Part shown: piece by piece, positions 1 through 14,395 of the stretch
How the letters are laid out: each line of letters starts with the position of its first letter
How positions within the stretch are numbered: the first letter of the stretch is position 1
Assembly (NCBI RefSeq): GCF_009914755.1
Contig: NC_060927.1
DNA: 64,000 nt
DNA from: the human T2T-CHM13v2.0 reference genome, Homo sapiens
Strand: one strand, 5' to 3'
The notes under the pieces: generated by a model
Database searches by the model: none
Told to the model about the DNA's origin: nothing
The model's input: the letters and a program-made list of their open reading frames with translations, nothing else
Made by a program: the position numbers and the translations under genes

Positions 1-250
1 ATTAATAAGATCTAGTATCTGATAGCACAATATAGTGACTATAGTCAAAAATAATTTATTGTACATTTTTAAATAACTAAAAGAGTATAATTGGAATGTT
101 TGTAATGCATTCACCTCAAGATAAATGATTGAAGTGATAGATATCCCATTCGCCCTGACAGCATTATTACACATTGTATGCCTGTATCAAAGTATCCCAT
201 GAACCACAAAAATACACTATGTACCCATAAATATTAAAAATTAAAAAAAA
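1..250 (+). mobile_element. L1MA-type 3' end (window-truncated)
   Basis: 'ataagatctagtatctgatagcacaa...tactatgtacccataaatattaaaaa'-like L1MA 3'UTR ending in an A-tail; resembles the minus-strand copies at 26.7k and 52.6k. Confidence 0.85.
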
Positions 251-470
251 CTGTGCCAAGTGAAATAATCCAGACACAAAAGAACAAATATTGAGTAGTT
301 CCTCTTACATAAGTTATTTAGAATAGGCAAGTTGATAAAGAAAAACTATGGGATTCCAAGGGTTGGGGAGAGAAGAAAATCCACACTTCCTTAATGAGTG
401 AACATTTTCTGTTTTAGAAATAGATAACATCGATTGTTATGTAATATTGCGAATGGAATTTAAACCAAAG
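251..470 (+). mobile_element. Old L1 (L1MB/MC-like) 3' fragment
   Basis: 'tgccaagtgaaataatccagacacaaaagaacaaatattg' is the L1M ORF2-end/3'UTR motif. Confidence 0.6.
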
Positions 471-703
471 TTGCTACATCTACATTTCATGGCAATGGCT
501 TCTTGTGAAATCACAGCTGTTTCATAGAATGTGCTCTTCCCCAGTCCCCCACCCACATGCAAGCTATGCAGAAAACTACAGTTTCAATGGGTGATGTTGG
601 CAATGGAAACCAGTAGCTTTGCTTCCAGAGACAGTAAATATGATATTTTATGTTGAGGGTTGAGAGTGGGCAAAACACAAGTCTTGGTTAAGTAAAAGTT
701 GTA

Positions 704-874
<171 letters not shown>

Positions 875-1343
875 TTACAGTGTATTTAGACTGAGGCTGT
901 TTAGTTTGGGGTTAAGAAGGAAACTAACCAGTAATTTACCAGGGATATATTGGGAAAACAGCTACAGAAGAACTAGAGAGTCTTCCCCAACCTCGGCTGT
1001 CTGGGCCATAGTGTGCAAAAACAGTACAGGCCAGGGTGAATGCTGTGGCACCTAAAACCAAGAGTGCAATGAGAATCATTTTAAATTTGAATGTGCTTTC
1101 AAACACCCACAAAAATCAATCATCATATAGTGGAAGCCTTAGGGGTTTGACATGTTTCAGCAAAACCTATGTTCAAATAATTGGCTAAAAACCTGACTAA
1201 ACAGACACAAGTGCAACCTATAAAAAGCCAGTTTAGAAGCTGAAAATAAGATATCAGCAGTCATAGTTCTCAGGAAACATTTCTCAGTTTAAGCCCAGAC
1301 AAGTTAACATAGAGGTAAAAACATAAAAATAAAAATAAAAAAA

Positions 1344-1554
1344 GGCCGGACATGAGAGTGCATGCCTGTAATTCCAGCACTTTGGAAGGCTCAGGAGAGT
1401 GGATCTCTTGAGCCCAGGAGTTTGAAACCAGCCTGAGCAATGTGGCAAAACCCCATCTCTACAAAAAGTACAATTAGCCAGGTGTGGTGGCACACATCTT
1501 TAGTCCCAGCTACTCTGGGGGCTTAGGTGGGAGGATTGCTTGAGCTTGAGGTTG
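1344..1554 (+). mobile_element. AluJ, 3'-truncated
   Basis: 'ttgagcccaggagtttga' and 'gggaggattgcttgagc' J-type motifs; no tail. Confidence 0.85.
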
Positions 1555-1603
1555 GAATGGAAATGTAAAAGTAAATCAAATTATTTAAAGATATGATAAA
1601 TAG

Positions 1604-2011
<408 letters not shown>

Positions 2012-2989
2012 CTACTAAATGTCATGAGGACATAAACCTATTAAAGAGTATCAAGCTTGGGTATTTCTATAAATAAATAATGATAGCTAAGGAGAAGAAA
2101 CATAACTTTATCATAAATATGTCCTTTGGATTAAATGGCACACACCTCGAGCCTAAAACATTGTCTATAGAGTCAATAAGGGACAGTGATGGTTGTCTGA
2201 CTGCTGCCCCAATATGAAATGGAAAAGCATCCTGAACACAAAGCTAAAATCAGTATGACTATTTATTTCAATTATGAAATTTCAGTGTGAAGTCATAAAT
2301 CTATTAGTTATACCAAATTGGATATCAGACCATTACAAAGAGTATAATGAAAGACTTAGACTTTATTTTTCTAAATAGTCCCACCTCTCATGTAGATTGA
2401 ATTTAAGATAATATTTCTGTGTTTGATATATTATTAAAAATTAAAGGTTCCAGCTTCATATTATTATTATCTTTAATATCTTCAGCATCTTACATTTACC
2501 TTATCCCTGGCCTCCATAACATACTATAAGCTGAAATAGAAAATGTAGTTATTCTCTTTTAAAATAATGTTTTATGTCAGGTCCTTCTTTCTCTATATCT
2601 CATTCTATCTCATTTTCACATATACATACACAATCATGCACAACACACAATGGCCTACATCCTGACTTCAAGTTACATAATGCTTGAGATGAATAATAGC
2701 ACATTTTATTACTTGCTATAAAATTTAAATGTAAAAATTACTAATGTTTTCTTTTTATCTAAGTCATTTGTGAAATGTTAATAAATATCATAGGTCTTAG
2801 TTGGATACATCTAACAGTTAAAAGAACATTTCTACTGTGCTTGCCTTTACAGATGAAATAATTGGTAGTTCTGTTCATATTTTACTATTGAAAATTATAT
2901 TTCCATTAGCTACTTCACATAGCATCTATTTTATTCATTTTCAGGTTCCTGTCTGTATAAAACCCTTAGTTGTTAGTATTTCACAGATG

Positions 2990-3420
2990 AATTTATTTAT
3001 CGTGGTAAAACACATAAAAAATTTACCATTTCAAACATTCTTAAGTGTAAAATTCAGTGGATCTAAGTACATTCACATTCATTTCATCAACTGAGGCTTT
3101 GTACCCATGAAACAACAATTTCTCACCCCTCCTTCCCTCAGCGCCTGGCAAAGGCATTCAACTTCCTGAGTCTAAAACGTTGAGTATTTTAGGTACCTCA
3201 TATTAATAGAATTATATTGTCATTTTGTAACTGGCTTTTTTCACATGGCATGTCTTCAGGATGCATCCATATTCTAGCATGTGTCAGAATCTCTTTTTCT
3301 TTAAAGGCTGAATAATAGTCCATTATTTGTATATATCACATCTTATTTATTTATCAATTGACATGGGTTGCTTCTATCTTTTGACTATTCTGAATAACGC
3401 TGATATTAACATGGGTGTAG
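2990..3420 (-). mobile_element. L1MB-like 3' end
   Basis: 'tttaccatttcaaacattcttaagtgtaaaattcagtgg...aaggctgaataatagtcccatt' antisense L1MB 3'UTR. Confidence 0.8.
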
Positions 3421-4139
3421 ATGAATTTCATTTTGTTTTTAAATTGAAGAAATACTTACTAAAAATAAAAATTTATTTTAGAGATGGCTTAATTCACAAT
3501 CATCTTTTTCTTTTCTTGACATTTTCCCTGGCAGGTGGTTATAAAAGTTGACAAACAATTATCATAATAACTTCTTAATTAGACTCTTTTCACAAACATA
3601 TTTAAGAAAAGTAACACATTTTAAGAGACTCAAAATGTATCAATGCTTTTGTATTGTGTATATGCTGAAGTTGGGATAATTTATTTTTAATACACGCTGC
3701 ACAAGAAGTTTCTCTATTTAAACAGTATCACATACATTTAATAATATATTTTATGTGTGGTATCTTTATATACATGTATGCATGTTTATATATGATTATG
3801 TATGCTTGTATGTGTATAAATACACATACACACAGACATAGATACCTGTGTGTGTGTGTGTAGTGTGTTTGTGTTCAAGTATTCAGAGCCTGGTGAATTA
3901 ATCATTTATAACTTGAACTTCTAATAAGGAAATGGGAAACAGAGGGTATTTGTTTATGTCATGTATTCAGAAGTGAAAATTAACTCTTGTAGGGCTTGCA
4001 CATCTTAGATGGATAGCACAAGGTCCCCCAAAAATGCTATATGATACACCTAACTTTAGGGGTAGGCAGTTATAAGGAAAGCAATTTTTTTTTCAATGTA
4101 TTGATGTAAAGGGATATCTTATAATTATGTACTAAAAAA

Positions 4140-4165
4140 GTGTGTGTGTGTGTGTGTGTGTGTGT
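4140..4165. repeat. (TG)n microsatellite (shorter one at 3847-3861)
   Basis: Direct inspection. Confidence 0.95.
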
Positions 4166-4439
4166 ACTCATGCATGATTATACGGACATAGAAATGACAA
4201 GTTGTTAACACAAATACAGAAAAGGGAAGGAGAAATAACAATGTCAGTAGTTTGATAGAGACAGGGATGTTAATGCAAACCCAAGAGGAATAAAAAGATA
4301 ACACCAAAAATTGCAGTTTATAATATATGGCCTATTTTGTGTATTTCCAAAAAATATGAAAATTATTTTAAAAGCCAAACATAGGATTAAAGAATGATGG
4401 TGATACAATTTCTTTCATAATGACAAAATAAACAGGCAG

Positions 4440-6075
4440 GTAAAAAGGTTGAAAGTTGTTGCTCTTGTACTCATAACAAGAAAGAACTCAACAAACAGAA
4501 AATTGACAATTATTATTAGAGCTATCAGAAAATTGAAGTCATAGGGCAATTTTCTGCACCCCAAACTTGAGACACAGACAGACAGATACAAAGAATCACA
4601 GCTTGCTGGAACAGAAACTCAAGAGCAACAGTCCACTGCTGAACCTAGTAAGGTGGTAGAAAAACATAAACTATAATCAATGAAATGCTAGAGGCTTAAT
4701 GTGGAAAAGCTTGAGAGTTAAAAACTCTGGGGAAGAAGAGTATTGGGAGGGTACACAATCATGAGTCTTACCTGCAGGAACCTTCAAGGTTCTCAAGACA
4801 AGATCAGAGAAAAATCCCCTCATGCTTTAGGCAGGATGTATTTTTAAATACACCTAGAGCATTTATTTATCCTTATGAAGGCCAGCTGTCAAGTGAAACT
4901 ACTTTACTGTAGTAGAAACTGACCAACCTGGGGAAGGGAAATGCCTAACTCCAGCCCATTTTAGTCTTCCATATGTGGGGAGAGAAATGCCCAATTACAC
5001 TTTCCTCTAGCCTTATCTCACCTGTGTTGGATGTCATAGTTCCAACACAGCTGTGTTGTGCAGGTTACAGCCCAGGGGTACAGGCTTACTAAAACAGTAA
5101 GACATAACCATAAGACTATAAATCACTTTCTCTACCCCCATGCCTTACTACCAAATCAGTAGGGCTACTATATAATAGCAGAGGGGTAGAAGAAAAATAA
5201 TTGCACACCTCAGATCTTTTTAAAGGCTGACAGAGAAACTCAAAGACAGCAAGGGAGACAAAAACAAGGCACAGGAGGATATTTTAGCATCTGACACCTG
5301 CAGCTGGATGTAACAGAGAAGAGTTTAATCCCTAGCCCAATAAACATGAAACCTCATACTAAAGGCCAATCTACCTCAGTTTCTCCTACACAATACCTCA
5401 TGTATGGCTTTGTACAAAAAATTACATCATGCTAAAATACAAAAAAAAAGTTTGAAATGAGGAAGTAATCATGAGAACCAGACCCAGATATGGCAGGAAT
5501 TTTCAAATTATCAGACCAGGAATTTAGAACAGTTATGATTAATACTTTGAGGGATTTAATGGAAAAAGTAAATAACTTGCATGAACATATCAGTGATATC
5601 CACAGATAGATGGAAACATTGAAAAAGAATCAAAAGGAGATGCAAGAAACCCAAAGTGCCTTTTATGGGCTCTTCAATATAATGAACACAACCAAGTTGA
5701 AGTAAACATGAAGACATGGCAATAACTAAACCGCAAAAAGAAAAAAGAATAAAGAAAAGTAAAACAGAATATACAAGAGCAATGGTACTATTATTAAAGG
5801 TGTAAAATAAACAAATATCAGAAGTATAAGACAGAGATAGAGAAACTGAAGAAATATTTAAAGCATAGTAACGAATAATTTTTTAAAATTAAGGTCACCT
5901 GCCAAACCACAGATATAGGACATTCAGAAAACACTAAGCAGAAGAAATATAAAAGTCTAAATGTAGGCATTTCATGTTCAAACTGCAGAAAATCAAAGAC
6001 AGAATAAATCTTGAAAAAAGCCAGAGGAAGCAAAACACCTTACCTAAAAGGAGCAAAGAATAGAACTACATTGGA
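4440..6075 (+). mobile_element. Ancient L1M (L1MD-like) 5'UTR and degraded ORF1
   Basis: ORF1 remnants 'gaaccagacccagatatggcagg...ttatcagaccaggaatttag...aaactgcagaaaatcaaagacaga'; resembles 23.1-24.15k. Confidence 0.7.
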
Positions 6076-6640
6076 CTTTCCTTTTGTTCAACATGTATAT
6101 ATGATTTCCTATCCATAAACATAAACACACAAAATATTCCAATCACAGTTATCTGCATCTATGTGTATATCTGTGTATATGAGCATAAAATAAGTTACAA
6201 CAGGTTGAAATTTTAGTCTGTTAACATTGTTTACCACAAAGATTGGGAGTGAAAAACAATTTAAGAGTGGAGGATAGTGGAAACTGTGAAGACTATTACA
6301 TTTTTTTTCCTTCAAAACTTTTTGTTTCTAAATTCTTAAAATAAGATTTTATTTTTTAAAATTTTGAAATCAAGCAAATGAAAATGAATTACATACCAGA
6401 AAATTTGGCAATATGATCTAAACCTGTTTCCATTGAAACACAAAGAGAACATTAGCGTTGTAGAATATATTGTTATTATTATTGTTGCTATTATCATTAT
6501 TATAAGCATTTTTTGATATTTTTCCTACTATTTTTATTATTTCGGGTTTTTTGTTGTTTTTTTACACTCTTCATTTGCTTTATTCTGCTTGAAGTTTTTA
6601 TATTTGAAGAGGATGTTTGTCAGGTATCTTCCCCCCCCCT

Positions 6641-6918
6641 TTTTTTTTTAGAGAATATACATTTTTTATTTCAAAAGGTTTTTGAAAAACAGGTAGTGTT
6701 TCCTTACATGCATAAGTTATTTAGTGGTGATTTCTAAGATTTTGGTTCACTCCATCCCTGAGCAGTGTACACTGAACCTAATGTGCAGACTTATCTCACC
6801 CACCTCCCGCTCTTCCCCTTGAGTCCCCAAAGTCCATTACATCATTTTTTGTGTCTTTGTGTCCTCATAAGCTCCCACTTACAAGTGAGAACATATAATA
6901 TTTGATTTTCTATTTCTG
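6641..6918 (-). mobile_element. L1PB-like 3' end fragment
   Basis: 'cataagttatttagtggtgatttctaagattttgg...gagtccccaaagtccatt...agtgagaacata' antisense L1PB 3'UTR. Confidence 0.8.
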
Positions 6919-9900
6919 AAAAATGTTCCAGAAACAAAGGCAGTTAACTAAACCTATATTATACCGCTTTCAAACTCCTAAAGGCATTAAAAAAAGATAA
7001 GAGCAAAAAAAACCCATTCCAAGGAAAGCAACTTCAAAGGCTAAAGAAATAGCCCACACAGATAAAAAAAGAACCAGCATAAGAGCTATGGCAACTCAAA
7101 AAATGAGAGCATCTTCTTACCTCCAAACAATTGCATTAGTTCTCCAGCAATAATTCTTAACCAGACTGAAATGGCTGAAATTACGGAAATATAATTTAGA
7201 ATATGAAAATAAAGGAAGATCACCAAGATTCAGAACAAAGTTAAAACCCAATCAAAGGAATGTAAGGAATACAATAAAATGATGCAGTAGCTGAAAAATG
7301 AAATGGCAATTTTAAGAAAGAACCAAACTAATGTGATATAGCTAAAAAACTCACTTCAAGAATTTCGTAATACAATGTCAATTATTAACAGCAGACTCAT
7401 TCAAGCTGAGGAACGTACATCAGAGCTCAAAGACTAGTTATCTGAAATAATAAGACAAAAAGACAAAAGAATAAAAAATAATGAACAATCTACTGAGAAA
7501 TATGGGATTATGTAAAGTCACCAAAACTACAACTCATGGGTATCCCTGAAAGAGAGAGAGAGAAAGGAAGTAACTTGAAAAACATATTTGAGAATATCAT
7601 AGATGAAAATTTCCCCAACCTTGCTAGAAAGGCTAACATTCAAAGTCAGGAAATGTAGAATATCCCTGCAAGACACATACAAAATGATTATTTCCAAGCA
7701 CAGAGTCATCAGATTCTCTAAGGTTGAAATGAAATAAAAAGGTAAAAGACAGCTAGAGAATAATGGCAGATTACCTACAGAGGCAACCCCATTAGGCTAA
7801 CAGTGAACCTTTCACCAGAAACACTGTGAGCCAAAAGAGATTTAAAGGCCAATATTTAGCACTCTTAAAGAAAAGAAATTACAACCAACAATGTTGTGTC
7901 CAGTAAACTAAGCTACATAAGTTAAGGAGAAAAAAGATCCCTTTCAGATAAACAGATGCTAAGATAATTCATTACCATCAAATCTACCTTACAGGAGTTC
8001 CTTAAGGGAGTATTAAATATGGAAATGACCATTACTGGCCCCCACAACAGCACATTTAAACATAGATCTTTGACACTACTAAGCAACTACACAATTAAGT
8101 CTGCACAATAACCAGCTAACAATACAATGACAGGATCAAATCTCCAGATATCAACCTGAATAAAAATGTGCTAAATTCCCAATTAAAATATTTGAACAGA
8201 CTATCAAGTTGGATAAAGAAGTGAGAGCCAACTATATGCAGTCTTTCAGAAACCTATTTCACATGAAATGACACCCACTAGTTCAAAGTAAAGGGATAGT
8301 GAAAAAAATCTACCAAGCAAACAGAAAACAGGGAAAAGCAGAGGTTACTCTTCTTATTTAAGACTAAACAGACTTTAAACCAAGAACAATCAAAAAAGAC
8401 AAAGAAGGGTACATATTGATAAAGTGTTCAATTCAACAAGAAGGTCCAACTATTCTAAGTATATGTGCACCCAACACAGGAGCATCCATATTCATAAAAC
8501 AAGGTCTTAGATATCTACAGATATACTTACACAATAATAGAAGAAGACTTCAACTTCACAGCAACAGTATTAGATTATCAAGGCAGAAAACTAACAAAGA
8601 TATTTGGGTTTGAACTTCACACTTGACCAAATGGATCTAATGGACATCTATAGAACTCTCCACCCCTTGAAACAGAATATACATTCTTCCCATCTTGTCA
8701 TAGCACATACTCTAAAACTGACCACACAATTGGTGATAAAACCATTATCATCAAATAGAAAAAGCAAAAACAATAAATAAATAAATCATATAATCCAAGC
8801 TCTCAAACATCAGGTCAGTAAAAATAGAAATCAGTACCTTAAAGAAATGCTGAAAACCATACAATTACATGGAAACTAAACACCCTGCTCCTTAATGGCT
8901 TTAAGTAAACAAAATAATTAAGGCAGGAATCAAGAAATTCTTTGAAACTAATGAGAACAAAGATTCAACATACAAGAATCCCTGGGATGCTGCTAAAACA
9001 GTGTTAAGAGGGAAATTCATAGCACTAAATGCTCACATAACCAAGTTAGAAAAATCTCAAATTAGCAACCTCACATCATATCAAGAAGAAACGTGAGAAT
9101 AAAAGCAAACCAATACTAAAGCTATCTTAAGACTAGATAAGCAAAATAACAAAAATTTGAGCTGAACTGAAGAAAATTGAGATAAAAAAATACAAAAGAT
9201 CAACTAATTCAGGAGATTGTTTATTGAAAGAATAAGATTTATAGATCAGTAGCTAGACTAATAAAGAAAAAGAGAAGATTCAAATGAACACAATCAGAAA
9301 AACAAAGGGGGATATTACCACTGACCCCAGAGAAATAAAAAAAAAAACAACCTCAGAGACTACTATGAACATCTCTGGCACACAAATTAGAAAACCTAGA
9401 AGAATTAGACAAATTCTTAGAAACATACAACTTCCCACAATTGAACCAGGAAGAAATTGAATACCTGAACAGACCAATAATAACTTTCAAAATTGAATTA
9501 GTAATAAAAAGCCTACCAACCAAAAAAAAAGCCCAAGACCAGAGGGATTCACAGACAAATTATACCAGATATTTCAGGAGGAGCTGCTATCATTCTTACT
9601 AAAACAATTCCAAAAAATCAAGGAGGGGGGACTTCTTTGTAACTCATTATATAATGATATCATTATTCTGATACCAAAACCTGATAGAAGACATTAGGCC
9701 AATATCATTGATGAACATAGTTGTAAAAATCCTCAACAAAATTCTAGCAAACTCGATCCAGCAGTATATCAAAAAGCTAGTACTCCATGATCAAGTAGAC
9801 TTATTCCTGGAATGAAAGATTGGTTCAACACATGCAAAATAATGAGACACATCACATAAACGGAACTAAAAACTAAAAAACACATGATTATCTGAATAAG

Positions 9901-11016
9901 TACAGAAAAGGCTTTTAATAAAATTCAACATCACTTTATGTTAAAAACCATAAAAAAACTTGTCTTTGAAGGAACATAGCTCAAAATAATAAGAATTATC
10001 TATGACATACCAACAGCCAACATCATGGGCACAAGCTAGATGCATTCTCCTCAAGAATAGGCAAAAGCTGGATACATTCTTTTTGAGAACTGAAACACGA
10101 TAAAGATGCCCACTCTCACCACTCCTATTTAACATAGTACTGGAAGTTCTGGCCAGAGCAATTAATCGATAAATAAAAATAAAAGACATCCAAATAGGAA
10201 GTGAGGATGTCAAACTAACCCTGTTTGCACTGGGCATTGAAAAACTGGTCAATATCACTAATTACTACAGAAATGCACATCAAAACCACAAATGAGATAC
10301 CATCTCACACTAATAAAATGGCTGTTATAAAAAGTCAAAATATATTAATAGCAGATGTTAATAAGTTGCAGAAAAAAGGGAATGCTTATACACTGCTGAT
10401 AGAAATGTGAATTAAGTTCAGCCATTGTGAAAAACAGCTTGTCAATTTCTCAAAAAACTTAAAACAGAACTACCATTTGACTCAGCAATCTCATTATTGG
10501 GTATATTCCCAAATGAATATAAATCACTCTATCATAAAGACATATGCATGTACATATTCATCATAGCAGTATTCAAAATAGCAAAGACATGAAATCAACC
10601 TAAATGTACATCAACAGTAGACTGAATAAAGAAAATATATGTGTACACCATGGAATAGTAAACCACCATAAAAAAGAATGAAATCATGGTCTTTGCAGCA
10701 ATATGGATGAAGTAGGAGTCCATTATTCTAATCAAACTAACACAGGAATAGAAAGTAAAATACCACATATTCTCACTTATGAGTGGGAGCTGAACACTAC
10801 GAACTCATGAACACAAAGAATGAAACAACAGGCACCAGGGCCTACTTGAAAGTGGAGGGTGGGAGGAGGGTAATTATCTGAATATTACCTGTCAGATACT
10901 ATGCTTATTACCTGGGTAACAAAATAAGCTGCACACCAAACCCCCATGACATGCAATTTTCCTATAAAACAAACATGCACATGTACCCCTGAAACTAAAA
11001 TAAATGTTTTTAAAAA
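6919..11016 (+). mobile_element. L1PA15/16-like element: ORF1, ORF2 EN and partial RT, internal deletion, 3'UTR; non-coding
   Basis: ORF1 remnant 7060-8030; ORF2 start 'atgacaggatcaaat' at 8128; many stops; 3' end 'tactatgcttattacctggg...atgtacccctgaaactaaaataaa'. Confidence 0.88.
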
Positions 11017-11485
11017 TATGTATATGTATGTATATGTATATTTATTTAAAAATTTTTTAAATATAGTATATGGGCTAGCTTCAAATAGATTGAAACATGG
11101 CTAAATTCTCTTTGAACTTGTTTCCTCCTTCCCTGCAAAATGTGGGTAATCTTAGGCTAAGGAAAGTTTATATGTGACATTTTAGAAGTTGATGTAGTGA
11201 TTGGTGAACAATATTACTGTGTTTAGAAGAGATCTGTCATAGCTTTCTTTTCTCTTAATTGAAATTTAAAAACATAGAGGAATAAAAACAATTTACATTT
11301 CAAAATAAATTTTAAAAATATGGCTATTTAAAAGATAATTCTTATTAAATGTAATTATGTCATAATTACTTTTACCTGGAAATGTTACATAGAAATTTAT
11401 ATTAGAATAAATAATATTTTTGTTTGATAAAAAAGAAAAACATTCTAATTAGAATTTGTTTTTGTTCTTAAAGAACATAATTGTG

Positions 11486-11773
11486 AGCCAAGCACGGTGG
11501 CTAAAGCCTGTAATCCCAGCACTTTGGGAGGCCGAGGTGGGTGGATCATGAGGTTAGGAGATTTAGATCATCCTGGCTAACATGGTGAAACCCTGTCTCT
11601 ACTAAAAATACAAAAAAATTAGCAGGGCATGGTGGTACATGCCTGTAATCCTCAGCTACTCAGGAGAATCGTTTGAAGCTGGGAGGCAGAGGTTGCAGTG
11701 AACTGAGACAGTAACACTGCACTTCAGCCTGGGGGACAGAGCGAGACTATCTCAATAAAAAAAGAAAAAAAAA
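11486..11773 (+). mobile_element. AluSc-like with small right-arm deletion
   Basis: Dimeric Alu; 'ctactcaggagaat' lacks gggaggctgagg; TSD ataattgtg. Confidence 0.9.
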
Positions 11774-11779
11774 GTATAT

Positions 11780-12255
11780 AATTGTGTAGGTAGAAAACTC
11801 CAATAGAATAATTAAAAAGCTACCAGAATTAAAAATAAATTTTGAAATATTGCCTTAAAAACACAAAGCAAAAAAAATTAAATACCAGCAACAAAGAATT
11901 GGAACATAACATTTTAAACATAAATTTCATAAAAACACCAAAATAATGAATTCTTAGAGGTATAATTAACAAAATGGTGACAATTTCTCTACTTTCAAGA
12001 ATAAAAAGCATGCTTAGGATTAATTAAACAGGATATACCGTACTCATAATTGGAAGAATTGACATTGTTAATATTATTTAACCCTCAATTACACTGCACT
12101 CAGTGTAGTCCCAATCAAAATGCTCATAGGGTATTTTGTAGAAATTAGCATGATAGATCTAAAATTATGAGGGTATGCAAAGGAACTAAATTATGAACCT
12201 TTTGTAATAACTAGAAATCAGGTGGAAGATTGTCACATTATCATAAGGCTAACAT
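11780..12255 (+). mobile_element. Old L1ME-like ORF2 fragment
   Basis: 'ggatataccgtactcataattggaagaattgacattgtt...gtcccaatcaaaatgc...gatctaaaatt' degraded ORF2. Confidence 0.7.
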
Positions 12256-12284
12256 TCACATTATCATAAGGCTAACAATTGAAG

Positions 12285-12534
12285 GCAGTGGCATTCCATC
12301 TTGAGCAGTTGCTGTGAAGACACCAGCTGCAGTGTGAGAGTGGCAGGCAGGACTGTATGCTCCACGGAGCCGGTGGGAGTCAGGAACAGGTGGGAGCCAT
12401 GTCCCCTTCTGAGTTGAATAGATGGGAGCCCTGCCCTCCTGGGCACAGCTACAACTACGTAGTTGAGGCTGCCAACCCGAACATCTCTGTGCTCTTGGGG
12501 GCCCAGAAATCCCTCATCCCCACAGGCTCAGAAG
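12285..12534. mobile_element. ERV1 LTR fragment (MER52/LTR1/LTR27 group)
   Basis: GC-rich 'ggagccggtgggagtcaggaacaggtgggagcc...catctctgtgctcttggggg...cacaggctcagaag'. Confidence 0.6.
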
Positions 12535-13517
12535 GCAATAGGGAAAATGTTTCCAGGGCATGTCAGAGACTTTCATGGCAGCTGCTCTCATTACAGGCCC
12601 AGGGACTAAGATAAAAAACTAGTATTTTGGGGCTGGCCCAGAGCACCCCTAGAGACTTTGTTCCTTGTGTCCCAGCTGCTCCAGCCATGGCTAAAAAAGG
12701 CCAAGGTACAGTTCAGGCCACGGCTCTAGAGGGTGCAAGCCCCAAGCCTTGGTAGCTTCCATCCTTCCTGCAGGTGCACAGAAGTGAAGAATTGAGGTTT
12801 GGGAATCTCTGCCTAGATTTCACAGGATGTATGGAAATGTCTGGATGTCCATGCTGAAGTGTCCTGCAGGAGTGGAGTCCCCATGGAGAACCTCTGCCAG
12901 GGCACTGCAGTACAGAAATGTGGGGTTGAAATCCCCACACAGAGTCCCCACTGGGGCACTGCCTACTGGACCTGTGAGTAGAGGGCTACCATCTTCCAGA
13001 TCTCGGAATGGGAGATCCACTGTCAGTGTGCACCAGGTACCTGGAAAGCTTCAGGCACACACCAGCCCATGAAAGCAGCCAGGAGGGTAGGTATACCCTG
13101 CAAATCCACAGGGGTGGAACTGACCAAGCCTGTGGAAGTCTAGCTCTTGAATCAGCATGACTTGGATATGAAACATGGTATCAAAGGAAATTATTCTGGA
13201 GCTGTCAGATTTATCTGCCTTGCTAGATTTCAGATTTGCATGGGGCCTGTAGCCCCTTCATTTTTGCCAATTTCTTCCATTTGGAATGGGTGCATTTACT
13301 CAATGCCTGTACCTCCATTGTATCTGAGAAGTAACTAACCTGCTTTTGATTTTACAGGTTTGTAGGCAAAATGTTATTGCCTTGTCTCAGATGAGACTTT
13401 GAACTGTAGACTTTTGAGTTAATTCTGAAATTAGTTAAGACTTTGGGGGACTGTTGGGAAGGCATGATTGGTTTTGAAATATGAGGATATTAGAATTGGA
13501 AGGGATCAGGGACAGAA
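12535..13517 (+). mobile_element. THE1 internal sequence, 3' part
   Basis: 'ggccaaggtacagttcaggcc...gagggtgcaagccccaagccttgg...ggggactgttgggaaggcatgattgg' and purine-rich PPT abutting the LTR. Confidence 0.88.
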
Positions 13518-13866
13518 TGATATGGTTTGGCTCTGTCCCACCCAAATCTCATCTTGAATTTTAGCTTCCATAATTCCCATGGTTTGTGGGAGGTAACTGA
13601 ATCATGGGTGAAGGTCTTTGTCATGCAGTTCTAGTGATAGTAAATAAGTCTAACAATATCTGATGGTTTTATAAAGGGGAGTTTCCCTTCACATTCTCTC
13701 TTGCCTGCCATCATGTGAGATGTGACTCTGCTCCTCATTCGCCTTCTGCCATGATTGTGAGGCCTCCCCAGCCATGTGGAACTGTGAGTCAATTAAATCT
13801 CTTTCCTTTATAAATTTGACAGTGTCAGGTATGTCTTTATTAGGAGCATGAGAAGAAACTAATATA
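13518..13866 (+). mobile_element. THE1B/C 3' LTR
   Basis: 'tgatatggtttggctctgtcccacccaaatctcatcttgaa...aactaatata'. Confidence 0.9.
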
Positions 13867-13929
13867 ACTATGTGTCATCTTGGTAAAGTTTTTGGGAAAT
13901 TAATTAGCAAAGTATTTTAGAGAAAAAAT

Positions 13930-14395
13930 TGTTTATTAGTTCCTGTGTCTTCCATAACAAATTACAACAAAGTTATTGATTTAAAACAAGAAATGTATTA
14001 TTTCACAGTTCTAGAGGACAATGTCCAAAATCATTTTTATTGGGTTGAAATAAAAGTGTAAGCAGGGTGACATTCCCCCAGGATTCCCTAGAAGTGAGTG
14101 AATTTCTTGTCTCTTCCAGCTTCTGATGACTGCCTGCATTCCTTGGTTGTGGACACACCATTTCAATTTCTGCCTACTGACCCCAAGGACTTCCCATCTT
14201 CTATGGAATGTGTTCAATCTCCTTCTATCTATAATTGCACTTAGTTATGCCCACCCAGGAAATCCAGTTAATTTTCTTTTTTTAAAATCTCTGTTTATTC
14301 CCATCGGGAAAGATAATTTTTTCTTATAAAATAATTTATACATTACAGGTACCTGGACTTAATATATTTGAGAGTCAAGCATTTTGCTTACCACA
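13930..14395 (-). mobile_element. MLT1C/D-like LTR
   Basis: 'ccataacaaattacaacaaa...ttcacagttctagagg...tcttccagcttctgatgactgcc...ttaccaca'. Confidence 0.75.
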
